IMG/VR virus record: IMGVR_UViG_3300025853_000054
Origin: an uncultured virus (IMG/VR IMGVR_UViG_3300025853_000054)
Taxonomy: Duplodnaviria; Heunggongvirae; Uroviricota; Caudoviricetes
Direction: 5' to 3' (one strand)
Length of the DNA: 64,000 nt
Notes under the pieces: model-generated
What the model was told of the DNA's origin: nothing
Database searches by the model: none
What the model saw: only the letters and a program-made list of their open reading frames with translations
Made by a program: the position numbers and the translations under genes
In this document: one piece after another, positions 28,101 to 36,141 of the stretch
How positions within the stretch are numbered: the stretch's first letter is position 1
Layout of the letters: each line of letters starts with the position of its first letter

Positions 28101-29907
28101 AGATCTTTCTTTAGCAAATGCTGGTATTGGATATACTCCTTTTGAGTTTGGAGCACCTGCATTTACTTTTGAAGATGTTCCTTTAGTTTCATTAACAGGT
28201 GATGGAAGGAATGCTACTGTTGATATTACAATCGATGGCGGTGTTGCTATTGCTGCAACTATCGTAAATGGTGGTTCTGGATATGTTATTGGCGAAGAAC
28301 TGACAGTATCTCAACTAGGAATCTCTTCTGTCGGAAGAAACCTTGTATTGTCGGTAACTGATATTTTTGGTGTCAATCAAATCATTATGGATGAAATCCA
28401 AGGTGATTTTGATGTTTCACCTACTAAATCTCTATACTTCTATAGTAATGATCCTGTCGTTGGATTTGGAACAACTACTATAAATGCATTAGGTAATGGT
28501 GGAGACGATACTGATGTAACAGTTCAATCTATAGAAACTGTTTATGATGGATTGCATATTGAAGTTAATCATAAAAATCACGGAATGCATTCTCTACAAA
28601 ATAGAGTATTGATTTCTGGTGTAGAATCTGATGTTTCTCCTGCTACATTAGTAGGATCACTTTCAGGAACATCCACTGAGGATATTGAGTTAGATATTGA
28701 TAATATTTCAGTATTTGAAACTTTTGAAAACATTCCAGTTTCTGCCCAGAATCCTGGTTATGTTTCTATTGGAAATGAAATTATTTCATATACTGGCATT
28801 AATGGAAATAGTTTAACAGGTATTGGAAGAGATATTGATACATCATCAATAGCAATTCCTCGTATTGTTAACCATAATCCAAAAGTATATAAGTATGAAT
28901 ATAATGGTATTTCTTTAAGAAGAATCAATAAAGAACACTTCTTACAAGATGCTACAGTAGAAAATCCAATTGATCTGGACAGATATAATATTAAAATAGA
29001 TACTTCAACTAATGGAGTAGATAGATCTACTGGAGTTGCATATCCAAAACTATTCTTAAATGAAACTAAGAGTGGTGGTGGACCTGGAGTCTACGGTTCT
29101 AAGAACATTGCATATGAAATGATTCATCCCATTATAAATGCATTAGTTCTTCCAGATGCAACACTAACTGCTACTGTTAGAACAACATCTGGTACTAGCA
29201 TTGGCGGAAATGAGGAATCATTCATTGATTCTGGAACCGTTCCATTAACTATTAATGAAGATAACTATTTTGATTCTCCTAGAGTTATTGCTTCTAGAAT
29301 CAATGAACTTGCTTTTGCAGATCAAATACCTGGAAACAAATCTCTAGAAATCACTTTAAATCTATCGACAGATCAACAAGTTATCAGTCCTATTATTGAT
29401 CTGGATCGTTTGGGTGCTGCATTTGTATCCAATAGAGTAAATAATCCAATCACAGATTATATTAATGATCCTAGAACATCTAGTAGTATAGAAGATCCAA
29501 CCGCATTTACATATCAAACAAAACCAGTCCAACTAGAGTTCCCAGCAACTTCTATAAAGGTTCTTGTTGAATCATATATAAATCAATATACTGATGTTAG
29601 AGCATTCTTTGCTGTTATGAAGTCTGCAGAGGAAGAACCAATTTATTATCCATTCCCTGGATTTAGAAATAGATTGGCATCTGGTGAAGTTATTGATATT
29701 ACCAAAAATGATGGAACTCCAGATAAACAATATAGTAGAAATAATGCTCTAGGGTATGAGCAAGGTGACATTAGCTATATTGATTTGGAGTTTAATATTG
29801 ATAACCTTGAGCCATTTAACTTCTTCTCAGTGAAGTTGTTAGGCACCTCAACAAATCAGGCATTCCCACCAAGATTTAGAGATTTAAGAGTCATTGGATT
29901 AGCATAA
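22186..29907 (+). CDS. Large virion structural protein (VrlC/DUF4815-like), 2573 aa
   Basis: PYFDDF..KNYYKVLFKPG.PIQAREL, APGADRLK, LARRTYDESG and DPLAQSF motifs. Confidence 0.85.
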   Translation: MPSKTNINVFPYFDDFDEDKNYYKVLFKPGYPIQARELSNVQSILQNQIEQFGNHVFKEGSVVIPGNISFTRITGVEVQNTFNAIDIDQYINDAKLYGYVIVGRDSGLRAKVVKVLRKSDYPDLNNTLVYFQYLNTGSDNQTEFEPGESLYAESEILPVLRRGVTSSTVVNVTTQNNEDIYGDQGVQSSIVTASRSSNNISGQYQYENVSTVDDITLRSGQDFLLVKTPIIGSAAIISEGVYFIRGNFVNVAEELLVVDKFSFLANVKIGLSVTEQIITSDNDPTLFDNSRGFSNYAAPGADRLKITARLASLDLDDDQTDNFIELTRVEEGNIVFLNRNPQYNELGNELARRTYDESGDYYITPFTISVDESLNDLEGSRGVFKEGEKTREQNTPSESMGVYKLSPGKAYVKGYEIERLSSTLIDFDKPRDTKTLSNQSIQYAPGTGLTLNRVHGTPKIGISTYHVSLRDSRLGVNNLEASGKEIGLSRVYDFALESGAYNTSNLDLNEWDLNAYDLDFYTEITLNQPVTETIPSKIDGRYTGAFSFLRFGASNAGVITAYSSSGKYSIGEKITFSNGETRVITNIRSYGIDDIKSVYGNVGLSTFTGDLKQSKKVSLGSVTIQGESAGVSTVTSPSTIFTSICEDGDLVSYSIGENTIPNFAKIQSVSSNSIVIEPVQSVSGICIGTLPLSTTTGLDFSILTTERQVGNNALYTPLPKENIESVDLSESRISIRREYSVTIASNGFNISASTLAANESFQPYDEERYSLIALDGTIIPLESGNFAFSNGGREVTLTNLTTNGQARFIASLYKTTVKSRAKVKKIEVATFSKSSIEQSGVNISGVGVTTLNDGLTYGNYPYGTRVQDDRICLNHPEIIRLYGVFESRTTEDPILPKLIITNALTSEKTPTTANNIKVGERLVGGTSECVLVCTAIINSSTIEVVSVNQKTPATSEVIKCKETGITAQVVNYIDTQSVNITDRYLLESGETSQAYRYSFLKRVSSSASPRKRIKVVYDRVYIPSDDSGDIVCVNSYSSIPRNRISSAPGQISKTDILDLRPIPDPFLVYEGQRSPFEFFGKNYSETNNSFKDILVADEDIILNYTFYLGRIDRIFLDINEQIIVKKGVSSEYLDPPESPSNALEIARVTLKPYAENARKSSDIQLLTHKRYRMSDISKLENRIKNLEYYTTLNLLEQSTSALSVPDANGLNRFKSGFFVDDFSNRNNQYIVQGQIKNSNDKVNRELRPSCYTTELDLTLANNVNYNTNNAPSVHPVKGISRSVYDDIKFTEIGNIIGNNIQITGGSGSRNENTGKGLLTLAYDEQIRIRQSFSTRVVNVTPYLVTNFYGQIDLNPSSDVWSEETILEPLIITGIEGRVIEESPTFTAQEFASQDGFDPVSWGSWTNNWTGSSQAVIGRGSFSRSSTSQTGNRVTATTTTTSGNIVRTTNTGTATQQGTSTRITNPIEDKNLGNRVVSASSATYLRSRNVEFIAKKMKPSTRLYTFFDDQDVTSLCTPKLLEIEMVDGSFTIGEDVIFYDENNFVIAGYRCAAPNHQYGNINDPDAQTFYTRNPYDQSSLPTVYTESSNILNLDTTSSGDYSSGYGGNVLIGARAEGVTSGAVATISNKRLFTDQVGVVIGSLFVPNPNDDTNQRFTTGAISFKVSNDQTNDIILGVETTEATGQFFSSGFITQTQETTIQVRNTLIESATISREREIVSTSTRFVPTNRTTSSRSFTVSPPRPPERQDPLAQSFFISNAAGVFVTHMDLFFQAKSEDLPCYVELRSMELGLPTTEVYPLSRVELLPDQINISDDATAATRVTFQGPVYLEGNKEHCVVLLSDVTDYYVWISRLGETTFNINGEEIAITTQNELGSLFKSQNGSTWTPSQYEDLKFTLFNARFVDQGSVTLVNSDVSQANNLYKDPLRTYSKTQRVSLGATITDTNLRIGNTIYQEGSNASGVYIGNAGIVTGDLSLANAGIGYTPFEFGAPAFTFEDVPLVSLTGDGRNATVDITIDGGVAIAATIVNGGSGYVIGEELTVSQLGISSVGRNLVLSVTDIFGVNQIIMDEIQGDFDVSPTKSLYFYSNDPVVGFGTTTINALGNGGDDTDVTVQSIETVYDGLHIEVNHKNHGMHSLQNRVLISGVESDVSPATLVGSLSGTSTEDIELDIDNISVFETFENIPVSAQNPGYVSIGNEIISYTGINGNSLTGIGRDIDTSSIAIPRIVNHNPKVYKYEYNGISLRRINKEHFLQDATVENPIDLDRYNIKIDTSTNGVDRSTGVAYPKLFLNETKSGGGPGVYGSKNIAYEMIHPIINALVLPDATLTATVRTTSGTSIGGNEESFIDSGTVPLTINEDNYFDSPRVIASRINELAFADQIPGNKSLEITLNLSTDQQVISPIIDLDRLGAAFVSNRVNNPITDYINDPRTSSSIEDPTAFTYQTKPVQLEFPATSIKVLVESYINQYTDVRAFFAVMKSAEEEPIYYPFPGFRNRLASGEVIDITKNDGTPDKQYSRNNALGYEQGDISYIDLEFNIDNLEPFNFFSVKLLGTSTNQAFPPRFRDLRVIGLA

Positions 29908-29908
29908 T

Positions 29909-30136
29909 ATGAGCAGATTAAAAGTAAAAGATCAATCCCATTTATATAGAGATAGTAATAGCAATGCTATTATTAATACTGACAAGAGTCAGTATGATCT
30001 CTATATAACAAGGAGGGAGAAGCAACAGAGTGAAAATAGTAAAATTGAACACATTGAAAATGATTTAAATATGTTAAAATCGGATATAAATGATATAAAA
30101 TCATTACTTATGGAGATTAAAAATGGATCCCTCTGA
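29909..30136 (+). CDS. Hypothetical coiled-coil protein, 75 aa
   Basis: Coupled to both neighbours; LYRD..SNAIIN motif. Confidence 0.8.
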   Translation: MSRLKVKDQSHLYRDSNSNAIINTDKSQYDLYITRREKQQSENSKIEHIENDLNMLKSDINDIKSLLMEIKNGSL

Positions 30137-30287
30137 GATAACTTTAGACTCTGTTGCAAAAAACTTTACGTATGAAAAAATTGCTAGAAACATAGATAGT
30201 ATAAGTGATATTGAGATTTTGCGAAATATTGCTAAGTCAATGCATAAATTATACTTAAAACAGCAAGAAGTCCTTTCTGAACTATAA
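30123..30287 (+). CDS. 54-aa helical protein, possibly NblA-like (MDPSEITLDSVAKNFTYEKIARNIDSISDIEILRNIAKSMHKLYLKQQEVLSEL); not in the ORF track
   Basis: SD GGAG; TAATG overlap with gp13; function is speculative. Confidence 0.75.
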   Translation: MDPSEITLDSVAKNFTYEKIARNIDSISDIEILRNIAKSMHKLYLKQQEVLSEL

Positions 30288-31129
30288 TGGCACAACCATC
30301 AACGAGACAAGAACTAATAGACTACTGCTTAAGAAAACTTGGCGCTCCAGTTTTAGAGATAAACGTTGCCGAAGAGCAAATCGAAGATCTCGTTGATGAT
30401 TCCTTACAGTTCTTCCATGAGCGTCATTTTGATGGCGTCTATCAAACATTCTTAAAGTATAAGATTACTCAAGCGGATATTGATAGAGGAAAAGCAAAAT
30501 CTGTATCTGATGTTGGAGTAGATGTTACAGATGTTTCTACTAATGTTGCTGGAGTTGGAGTAACATTTTCATACTTTGAAAATGGCAACTACTTAAAAGT
30601 TCCCGATTATGTTACTGGTGTAAATAAGATTTTTAGATTTGAAGGTTCTAACTCAGTATCTTCTGGGATGTTTAGTATTAAATATCAACTATTTTTGAAT
30701 GATATTTACTATTGGGGTTCTACTGAGTTACTTACATATGCTATGACAAAAACATATCTTGAAGATATTAATTTCTTATTAACTACACAAAAACAAGTAA
30801 GATTTAATAAAAGACAAGATAGACTTTATTTGGATATTGATTGGAACAACGTTAGTGTTGGTCAATATTTTGTTATCGATTGCTACAGATTGTTGAATCC
30901 TACTGATTATTCAAGAGTTTGGAACGATTCTTTTATCAAAAAATATTTAACTTCTTTGATTAAAAGGCAATGGGGACAGAACCTAATCAAGTTTAATGGA
31001 GTTAAGTTGCCAGGAGGAGTTGAGTTTAATGGAAGACAACTCTACGATGATGGTCAATCTGAGATAGATTTATTAATGCAGCAAATGACATTTGACTACG
31101 AGTTACCACCTCTAGACATGATAGGTTGA
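30287..31129 (+). CDS. gp13: Neck protein gp13
   Basis: LRKLGAPVLEINV and KRQWGQNLIKFNGVKLPGG motifs. Confidence 0.95.
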   Translation: MAQPSTRQELIDYCLRKLGAPVLEINVAEEQIEDLVDDSLQFFHERHFDGVYQTFLKYKITQADIDRGKAKSVSDVGVDVTDVSTNVAGVGVTFSYFENGNYLKVPDYVTGVNKIFRFEGSNSVSSGMFSIKYQLFLNDIYYWGSTELLTYAMTKTYLEDINFLLTTQKQVRFNKRQDRLYLDIDWNNVSVGQYFVIDCYRLLNPTDYSRVWNDSFIKKYLTSLIKRQWGQNLIKFNGVKLPGGVEFNGRQLYDDGQSEIDLLMQQMTFDYELPPLDMIG

Positions 31130-31133
31130 TACT

Positions 31134-32582
31134 ATGCCATTAAATCCATTTTTTCTACAAGGTTCTAAACTTGAACAAAATCTAGTTCAAGATTTAATAA
31201 ATGAACAGTTGCGAATGTATGGCATTGATGTATATTACATGCCAAGACAGTTTATAAAGAAAAACTCTATCATAAAGGAAGTTGTAAAATCAGAGTTCAG
31301 TAATGCTTATCCACTTGAAGCATATTTGGAAACTTACGATGGATATGGTGGGCAAGGTACTATATTATCAAAGTTTGGTATAGAAGAAGTTGATGACATT
31401 ACTTTGATTATTTCTAGAGATAGATATGAGACTTATATAAAACCATTAATAGAAAATCTAGATGATGTAGAGTTAGGAGATAGACCAAAAGAAGGAGATT
31501 TAATCTATTTTCCTTTAGGGGACAGATTATTTGAAATCAAATATGTTGAGCATGAAAAACCTTTTTATCAACTCAATAAAAACTATGTTTATGAGTTAAG
31601 ATGTGAACTCTTTAGATATCAGGATGAAGTTATTGATACAACAATTGAAGATATTGACGATAACACTAAAGATATTGGATATATCCAAACTTTACAGATG
31701 TTTACTGGTGCTGGTGTAACTGCTACAGCATATATTAGCAATATTGTTAGGGATGGTATTAGAAGATTTATTTTAAATAGTGGTGGATCTGGATACACAA
31801 GTCCACCAAAAGTCAGAGTATCAATGCCACAAGATGTTCTTGGATTTGGTACTGAGTTTTCTGGTGCTCCTGCTGCTGGTATTGCTAGTATGTTTGGTCC
31901 ACAAACATTCCAGTCAATAAAATCTATTGAGATTACTAATAGTGGATTTGGATATACTACAAGTGCTCCACCACAAGTTATATTCTTAGAAGGTGGTGGA
32001 GCAGGAGCAGCTGCAACTGTTGAGATTGGTAGAGGAGTTCTACAAGAGATTAGACTTATTCAAGGTGGTGGTGGATATTTAAATCCTCCTATTGTAACTA
32101 TTTCTGAACCTGTTGGAACTCCAACTGGAATCACTACAAGTCAAGCAGAAGCAGTTGCAAGAATAAACAGTGCTGGTATAGTCACATCCATTGCATTTAC
32201 GAATGCTGGTTTGGGATATACAAGAACTCCTACAGTATCATTCTCCACTCCAGATTTAATGGTTCCTGGAATAGGAACATTTAGGTATAATGAATCTGTA
32301 ACTGGTGAACAAAGTGGTGCAACTGGTATTGTAAAATCTTGGAACGTTGTTACTGGAGTATTAGAACTTTCTAATGTTATTGGTCAGTTTAATGCTGGAG
32401 AAGATATTGTTGGTGCAAATTCTGAAGCTTCATATACATTAAGAATAGGTTATACAGATAATCTGGCAGATGCTGGAGATTCTACTAATAAATATGGTAA
32501 GTATGAAGATAACTACGACATACAAGTTGAAGCTGATGGAATACTTGACTTCACTGAAGAAAATCCTTTTGGAAGAGTATAG
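31134..32582 (+). CDS. gp14: Neck protein gp14 with inserted beta-repeat domains
   Basis: QDLINEQLRMYG, RPKEGDLIYFP and DFTEENPFG motifs. Confidence 0.92.
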   Translation: MPLNPFFLQGSKLEQNLVQDLINEQLRMYGIDVYYMPRQFIKKNSIIKEVVKSEFSNAYPLEAYLETYDGYGGQGTILSKFGIEEVDDITLIISRDRYETYIKPLIENLDDVELGDRPKEGDLIYFPLGDRLFEIKYVEHEKPFYQLNKNYVYELRCELFRYQDEVIDTTIEDIDDNTKDIGYIQTLQMFTGAGVTATAYISNIVRDGIRRFILNSGGSGYTSPPKVRVSMPQDVLGFGTEFSGAPAAGIASMFGPQTFQSIKSIEITNSGFGYTTSAPPQVIFLEGGGAGAAATVEIGRGVLQEIRLIQGGGGYLNPPIVTISEPVGTPTGITTSQAEAVARINSAGIVTSIAFTNAGLGYTRTPTVSFSTPDLMVPGIGTFRYNESVTGEQSGATGIVKSWNVVTGVLELSNVIGQFNAGEDIVGANSEASYTLRIGYTDNLADAGDSTNKYGKYEDNYDIQVEADGILDFTEENPFGRV

Positions 32583-32593
32583 GGGACTAAAAA

Positions 32594-33595
32594 ATGTTTG
32601 AATATTTTTACCACTCAATAATGAGAAAAACCATTGTTGGTTTTGGTACGCTTTTTAATAACATTAGAATAAAAACTACTAATGCAGAAAATGATGTAAT
32701 CTCGGAGATAAAAGTTCCGATTGCATACGCCCCTATGCAAAAGTTTTTGGCAAGACTTGAGCAGTCACCAGATCTGAACAATCCAGTAAGAATGACTCTT
32801 CCAAGGATGTCATTTGAACTTGTAGGTTTAACTTATGATAGCTCAAGAAAGGTAACTACTACTCAATCATTTTTGGTTTCAGATAGAACTCAAAAATCAA
32901 AAATGAAGAAGGTTTATATGCCAGTTCCATATACAATGGAATTTGAGCTAAATATTATGGCTAAGCATAATGACGATGCCCTACAGATTGTAGAGCAGAT
33001 TTTACCATATTTTCAACCATCATATACTTTAACAATCGATTTGATTGAATCTATTGGTGAAAAGAGGGATATTCCATTTACACTCAGTAATATTACCATG
33101 GAAGATCGATATGATGGTGATTTTAAAGATAGAAGAGCGATTATTTATTCATTAAAGTTCACTGCAAAAACGTATCTATTTGGACCAGTACCAAAGACAG
33201 AATCTGGAGATATCATCAAAAAAGTTCAGGTTGGATATTTTGCTGGCGACAGAGAATCTTCTACAAGAGAGATTACTTATCAAACAACTCCTGTTGCATC
33301 TGTTAACTATACAAATGTTGTAGTTACAACAACTGCTTCTGACATGGAAATAGGAACAAATGAGTTCGTTGTTATTGACGCAAATGTATTGTTTGTAGAT
33401 AGTTATATTACTGTTGATAGTGAAACTATGAAGATAATTCAAATCAGTGGTAATAATATTAGGGTTGAAAGAGGATCTTATGGGACAAAGATTACTCAAC
33501 ATGTTTCTGGAACAGCAATCAAGAACATTACTGTAGACGATAATGACTTGATTGAAGTTGGAGATAACTTTGGATTTGATATGTCATCTTTTTGA
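32594..33595 (+). CDS. gp15: Tail sheath stabilizer/terminator gp15
   Basis: GFGTLFN, LPRMSFE and QIVEQILPYFQP motifs. Confidence 0.93.
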   Translation: MFEYFYHSIMRKTIVGFGTLFNNIRIKTTNAENDVISEIKVPIAYAPMQKFLARLEQSPDLNNPVRMTLPRMSFELVGLTYDSSRKVTTTQSFLVSDRTQKSKMKKVYMPVPYTMEFELNIMAKHNDDALQIVEQILPYFQPSYTLTIDLIESIGEKRDIPFTLSNITMEDRYDGDFKDRRAIIYSLKFTAKTYLFGPVPKTESGDIIKKVQVGYFAGDRESSTREITYQTTPVASVNYTNVVVTTTASDMEIGTNEFVVIDANVLFVDSYITVDSETMKIIQISGNNIRVERGSYGTKITQHVSGTAIKNITVDDNDLIEVGDNFGFDMSSF

Positions 33596-33603
33596 GGTAG
33601 GAT

Positions 33604-34062
33604 ATGAAAAAAGCATTTGATGGATTAGATGATGCATTTGATATCAAAGATGATATTGATGAAAATGAAAATAAAGAAAAAACAAAAGAAGTTGAAGTTT
33701 TACCAGATAATGACCAAAAAATAGTAAAACAAAGTAAAGAAGAGCATATTAATAAAGATTATGATTATACTAGAGGAAACCTTTACTCTATCATAGAAAA
33801 GGGTCAAGAAGCTATTAATGGTGTTTTAGAGTTGGCACAAGAAACTGACTCTCCAAGAGCATATGAAGTTCTTGGGCAACTTATTAAAAACGTATCTGAG
33901 ACCACAGATAAGTTAATGGATCTTCAGAAGAAGATTAAAGATATGGAGGAAGAAAAGAAAAAAGGTCCCACAAATGTTACCAATAATGCAATGTTTTTTG
34001 GATCCACAGCAGATCTATCTAAGCTTTTAAAGCAACAGCAAAATAATACTGAAGATAAATAA
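33604..34062 (+). CDS. gp16: Terminase small subunit gp16
   Basis: DYDYTRGNL, SPRAYEV and FFGSTADL motifs. Confidence 0.92.
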   Translation: MKKAFDGLDDAFDIKDDIDENENKEKTKEVEVLPDNDQKIVKQSKEEHINKDYDYTRGNLYSIIEKGQEAINGVLELAQETDSPRAYEVLGQLIKNVSETTDKLMDLQKKIKDMEEEKKKGPTNVTNNAMFFGSTADLSKLLKQQQNNTEDK

Positions 34063-34085
34063 TACGTGGAAGATTAGTAATAAAA

Positions 34086-35075
34086 ATGTCAGCATCATTC
34101 AATCATCCTATTAATAAAAAAGCACATTCTTCTGCTAGAAAGCAGAATAAAATTGCTGCTATGAAAAAATCTCCAAATAAAAATGAAAGGGAGGTTGCTG
34201 ACAGAAAGTTACGTCCATCTGCAAAAGTTGATACTCCAGACTTTCTGAAAAATGAAGTTTCATTAGTCGATAAAATCGTAGAAGAAATCATTCAAGAGAA
34301 AAAAAACAAAGGACTCTGGTCAAATATTCATGCTAAACGTAAGCGTGGAGAATCGCCAGCGAAACCTGGGGATAAGAATTATCCAAAGACTTTGAATGTT
34401 GAAGAAAAAGAAAATAAAGTAACTATAGAAGATGCTGATGGCAACACATTTTTAAAAGTTGTCGATTTAATCACTCCAGATCCACTAGTTTCGGAGGGGA
34501 TTGTAAGAATCCCAGCTAAAACTGGGAACATTGTTTTAGTGGGTCTTACTTGGAGAGGAAGATATCATTCAATAAAGATGTTCTTCCCACAAACAAAGTT
34601 TCCCACAAGATCTGAAGTTCAAAATGAAATAGAAAAGGTCTACCCAGGCGCACGAGTATACAGTTTTAACGTATCCGAGTATGAGCCAGGAAAACCAATG
34701 GTCCAAGTCACAGAAGGAGCAGAGAAACGATACTGCCCCAAGTGTAAGAAAATGGAAACCAGAGCAGAGTGTGCCTATGGAGTCTCCTACTGGGACAAGT
34801 ATGCCACCAAAAACTTCAAAGAGTCAGTCCTCGGAGAAGCAGCCTGGACCAAAAAAGAAGGACAAAACAAATCTGGAGGACTCAACGAAAAAGGAAGAAA
34901 GTCTTATGAAGAGGAAAATCCAGGATCTGACCTTAAAGCACCAAGCAAGAAGGTTGGAAATCCCAGGAGGGCATCCTTCTGCGCTAGAATGAAAGGTATG
35001 CGTAAGAGACAAAAACCCTCCAACAATACAGGCGATGATCGTCTGTCTAAGTCCCTTAGAGCGTGGAACTGCTGA
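34086..35075 (+). CDS. Mosaic basic hypothetical protein, possibly an internal head protein
   Basis: Late promoter; GLWSNIHAKRKR and AWTKKEG..GGLNEKGR..SFCARM modules. Confidence 0.8.
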   Translation: MSASFNHPINKKAHSSARKQNKIAAMKKSPNKNEREVADRKLRPSAKVDTPDFLKNEVSLVDKIVEEIIQEKKNKGLWSNIHAKRKRGESPAKPGDKNYPKTLNVEEKENKVTIEDADGNTFLKVVDLITPDPLVSEGIVRIPAKTGNIVLVGLTWRGRYHSIKMFFPQTKFPTRSEVQNEIEKVYPGARVYSFNVSEYEPGKPMVQVTEGAEKRYCPKCKKMETRAECAYGVSYWDKYATKNFKESVLGEAAWTKKEGQNKSGGLNEKGRKSYEEENPGSDLKAPSKKVGNPRRASFCARMKGMRKRQKPSNNTGDDRLSKSLRAWNC

Positions 35076-35076
35076 T

Positions 35077-35412
35077 ATGAAATCATTCAAACAGTTTTTA
35101 TCGGAAAGTGTCACTATTAATGGAGATTTCAATGGAACTCTCAACATTGGCGATTCTCATCAGGAACAGACTAAAGAAGAAAATAGTTTCTATGCTGATC
35201 TTGTTTGGGAAGGAAAACTATATAGAATGCAGTTTATGACAAATGAAGATACTCTTCCAACTCCTGCAAACTTAGCAAATCAACTGCAAAGTGAGTATCC
35301 AGGAGGAATAGTTCATAATGTTTATCCGATTACAGAAAAAAATAGAAACTATAGAGTCAAATCTATAAAGAGGTATCAACCAGAAGCATTGACTTGGAAA
35401 ACTGAACTTTAA
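35077..35412 (+). CDS. Hypothetical protein starting MKSFKQFLSE
   Basis: ATG just after the previous stop; N-terminus resembles the T4 capsid-targeting sequence. Confidence 0.8.
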   Translation: MKSFKQFLSESVTINGDFNGTLNIGDSHQEQTKEENSFYADLVWEGKLYRMQFMTNEDTLPTPANLANQLQSEYPGGIVHNVYPITEKNRNYRVKSIKRYQPEALTWKTEL

Positions 35413-35420
35413 GGTAGATC

Positions 35421-36134
35421 ATGGCAAAAGATTTTTTATGGGGTGAAGAGTTTAAACTTGATGTTGCTCGCGGTAAAGCTAGAGGAGCATCAGTAGTTAA
35501 TATCTTTGGAAACAATGATTCTCAAACAAATACTTTCAGAGCAGTTTGGGAAAACTCTGATAGTGATGATTATGTGTTTCCACCTTCCCCTCTACAGATG
35601 GATGTGAATAGTAATGCCGCAGATGCTGGTGTTTCTATTAAGATTATTGGATTGACTACTGATTATGCAGAAGCAGAAGAAGTTGTGACACTTGATGCTA
35701 CTGGAATTTCAACGACATCTACACCATTTCTTCGCATTAATACAGTAGTAACAATTGCAGGAAATGCAGCAAATGATATTACGGTAGGTCAAGGGTCTAC
35801 AACATATGCTCAGATTGATGCTGGTAGAGGTAGAAATCAAGCAGCAATTTATACAGTCCCAGATAGATGTGAATTCTATCTTTACAGGATTGATGCATTT
35901 ACTGCAGATGGTTCTCAACAAAAGGCAGGTAAGTTTAGAAACTTTGTAAGTCTACCTAATGGTGTTGACTTGAGAGTGGCAGAGGTATCATTCTTCAATA
36001 ATATGAATATTCAAAGAAGACTTCCTTTTAAATATTCATCAAGAACTGATATTGCTTTCCAAATGGCAACATTTAGTGGAACTCATCCATGTGCAGTATT
36101 TGGTGAAGGTATCTTAGTAAAAGAACTTATGTGA
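35421..36134 (+). CDS. Hypothetical beta-rich protein, probably virion-associated
   Basis: 237-aa ORF in the late operon. Confidence 0.8.
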   Translation: MAKDFLWGEEFKLDVARGKARGASVVNIFGNNDSQTNTFRAVWENSDSDDYVFPPSPLQMDVNSNAADAGVSIKIIGLTTDYAEAEEVVTLDATGISTTSTPFLRINTVVTIAGNAANDITVGQGSTTYAQIDAGRGRNQAAIYTVPDRCEFYLYRIDAFTADGSQQKAGKFRNFVSLPNGVDLRVAEVSFFNNMNIQRRLPFKYSSRTDIAFQMATFSGTHPCAVFGEGILVKELM

Positions 36135-36141
36135 GTGATTT

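Noticed and set aside
8085..29907. Inteins, introns or stop-codon recoding in the giant genes
   Set aside because: Frames are continuous in the standard code, and I saw no intein or homing-endonuclease motifs
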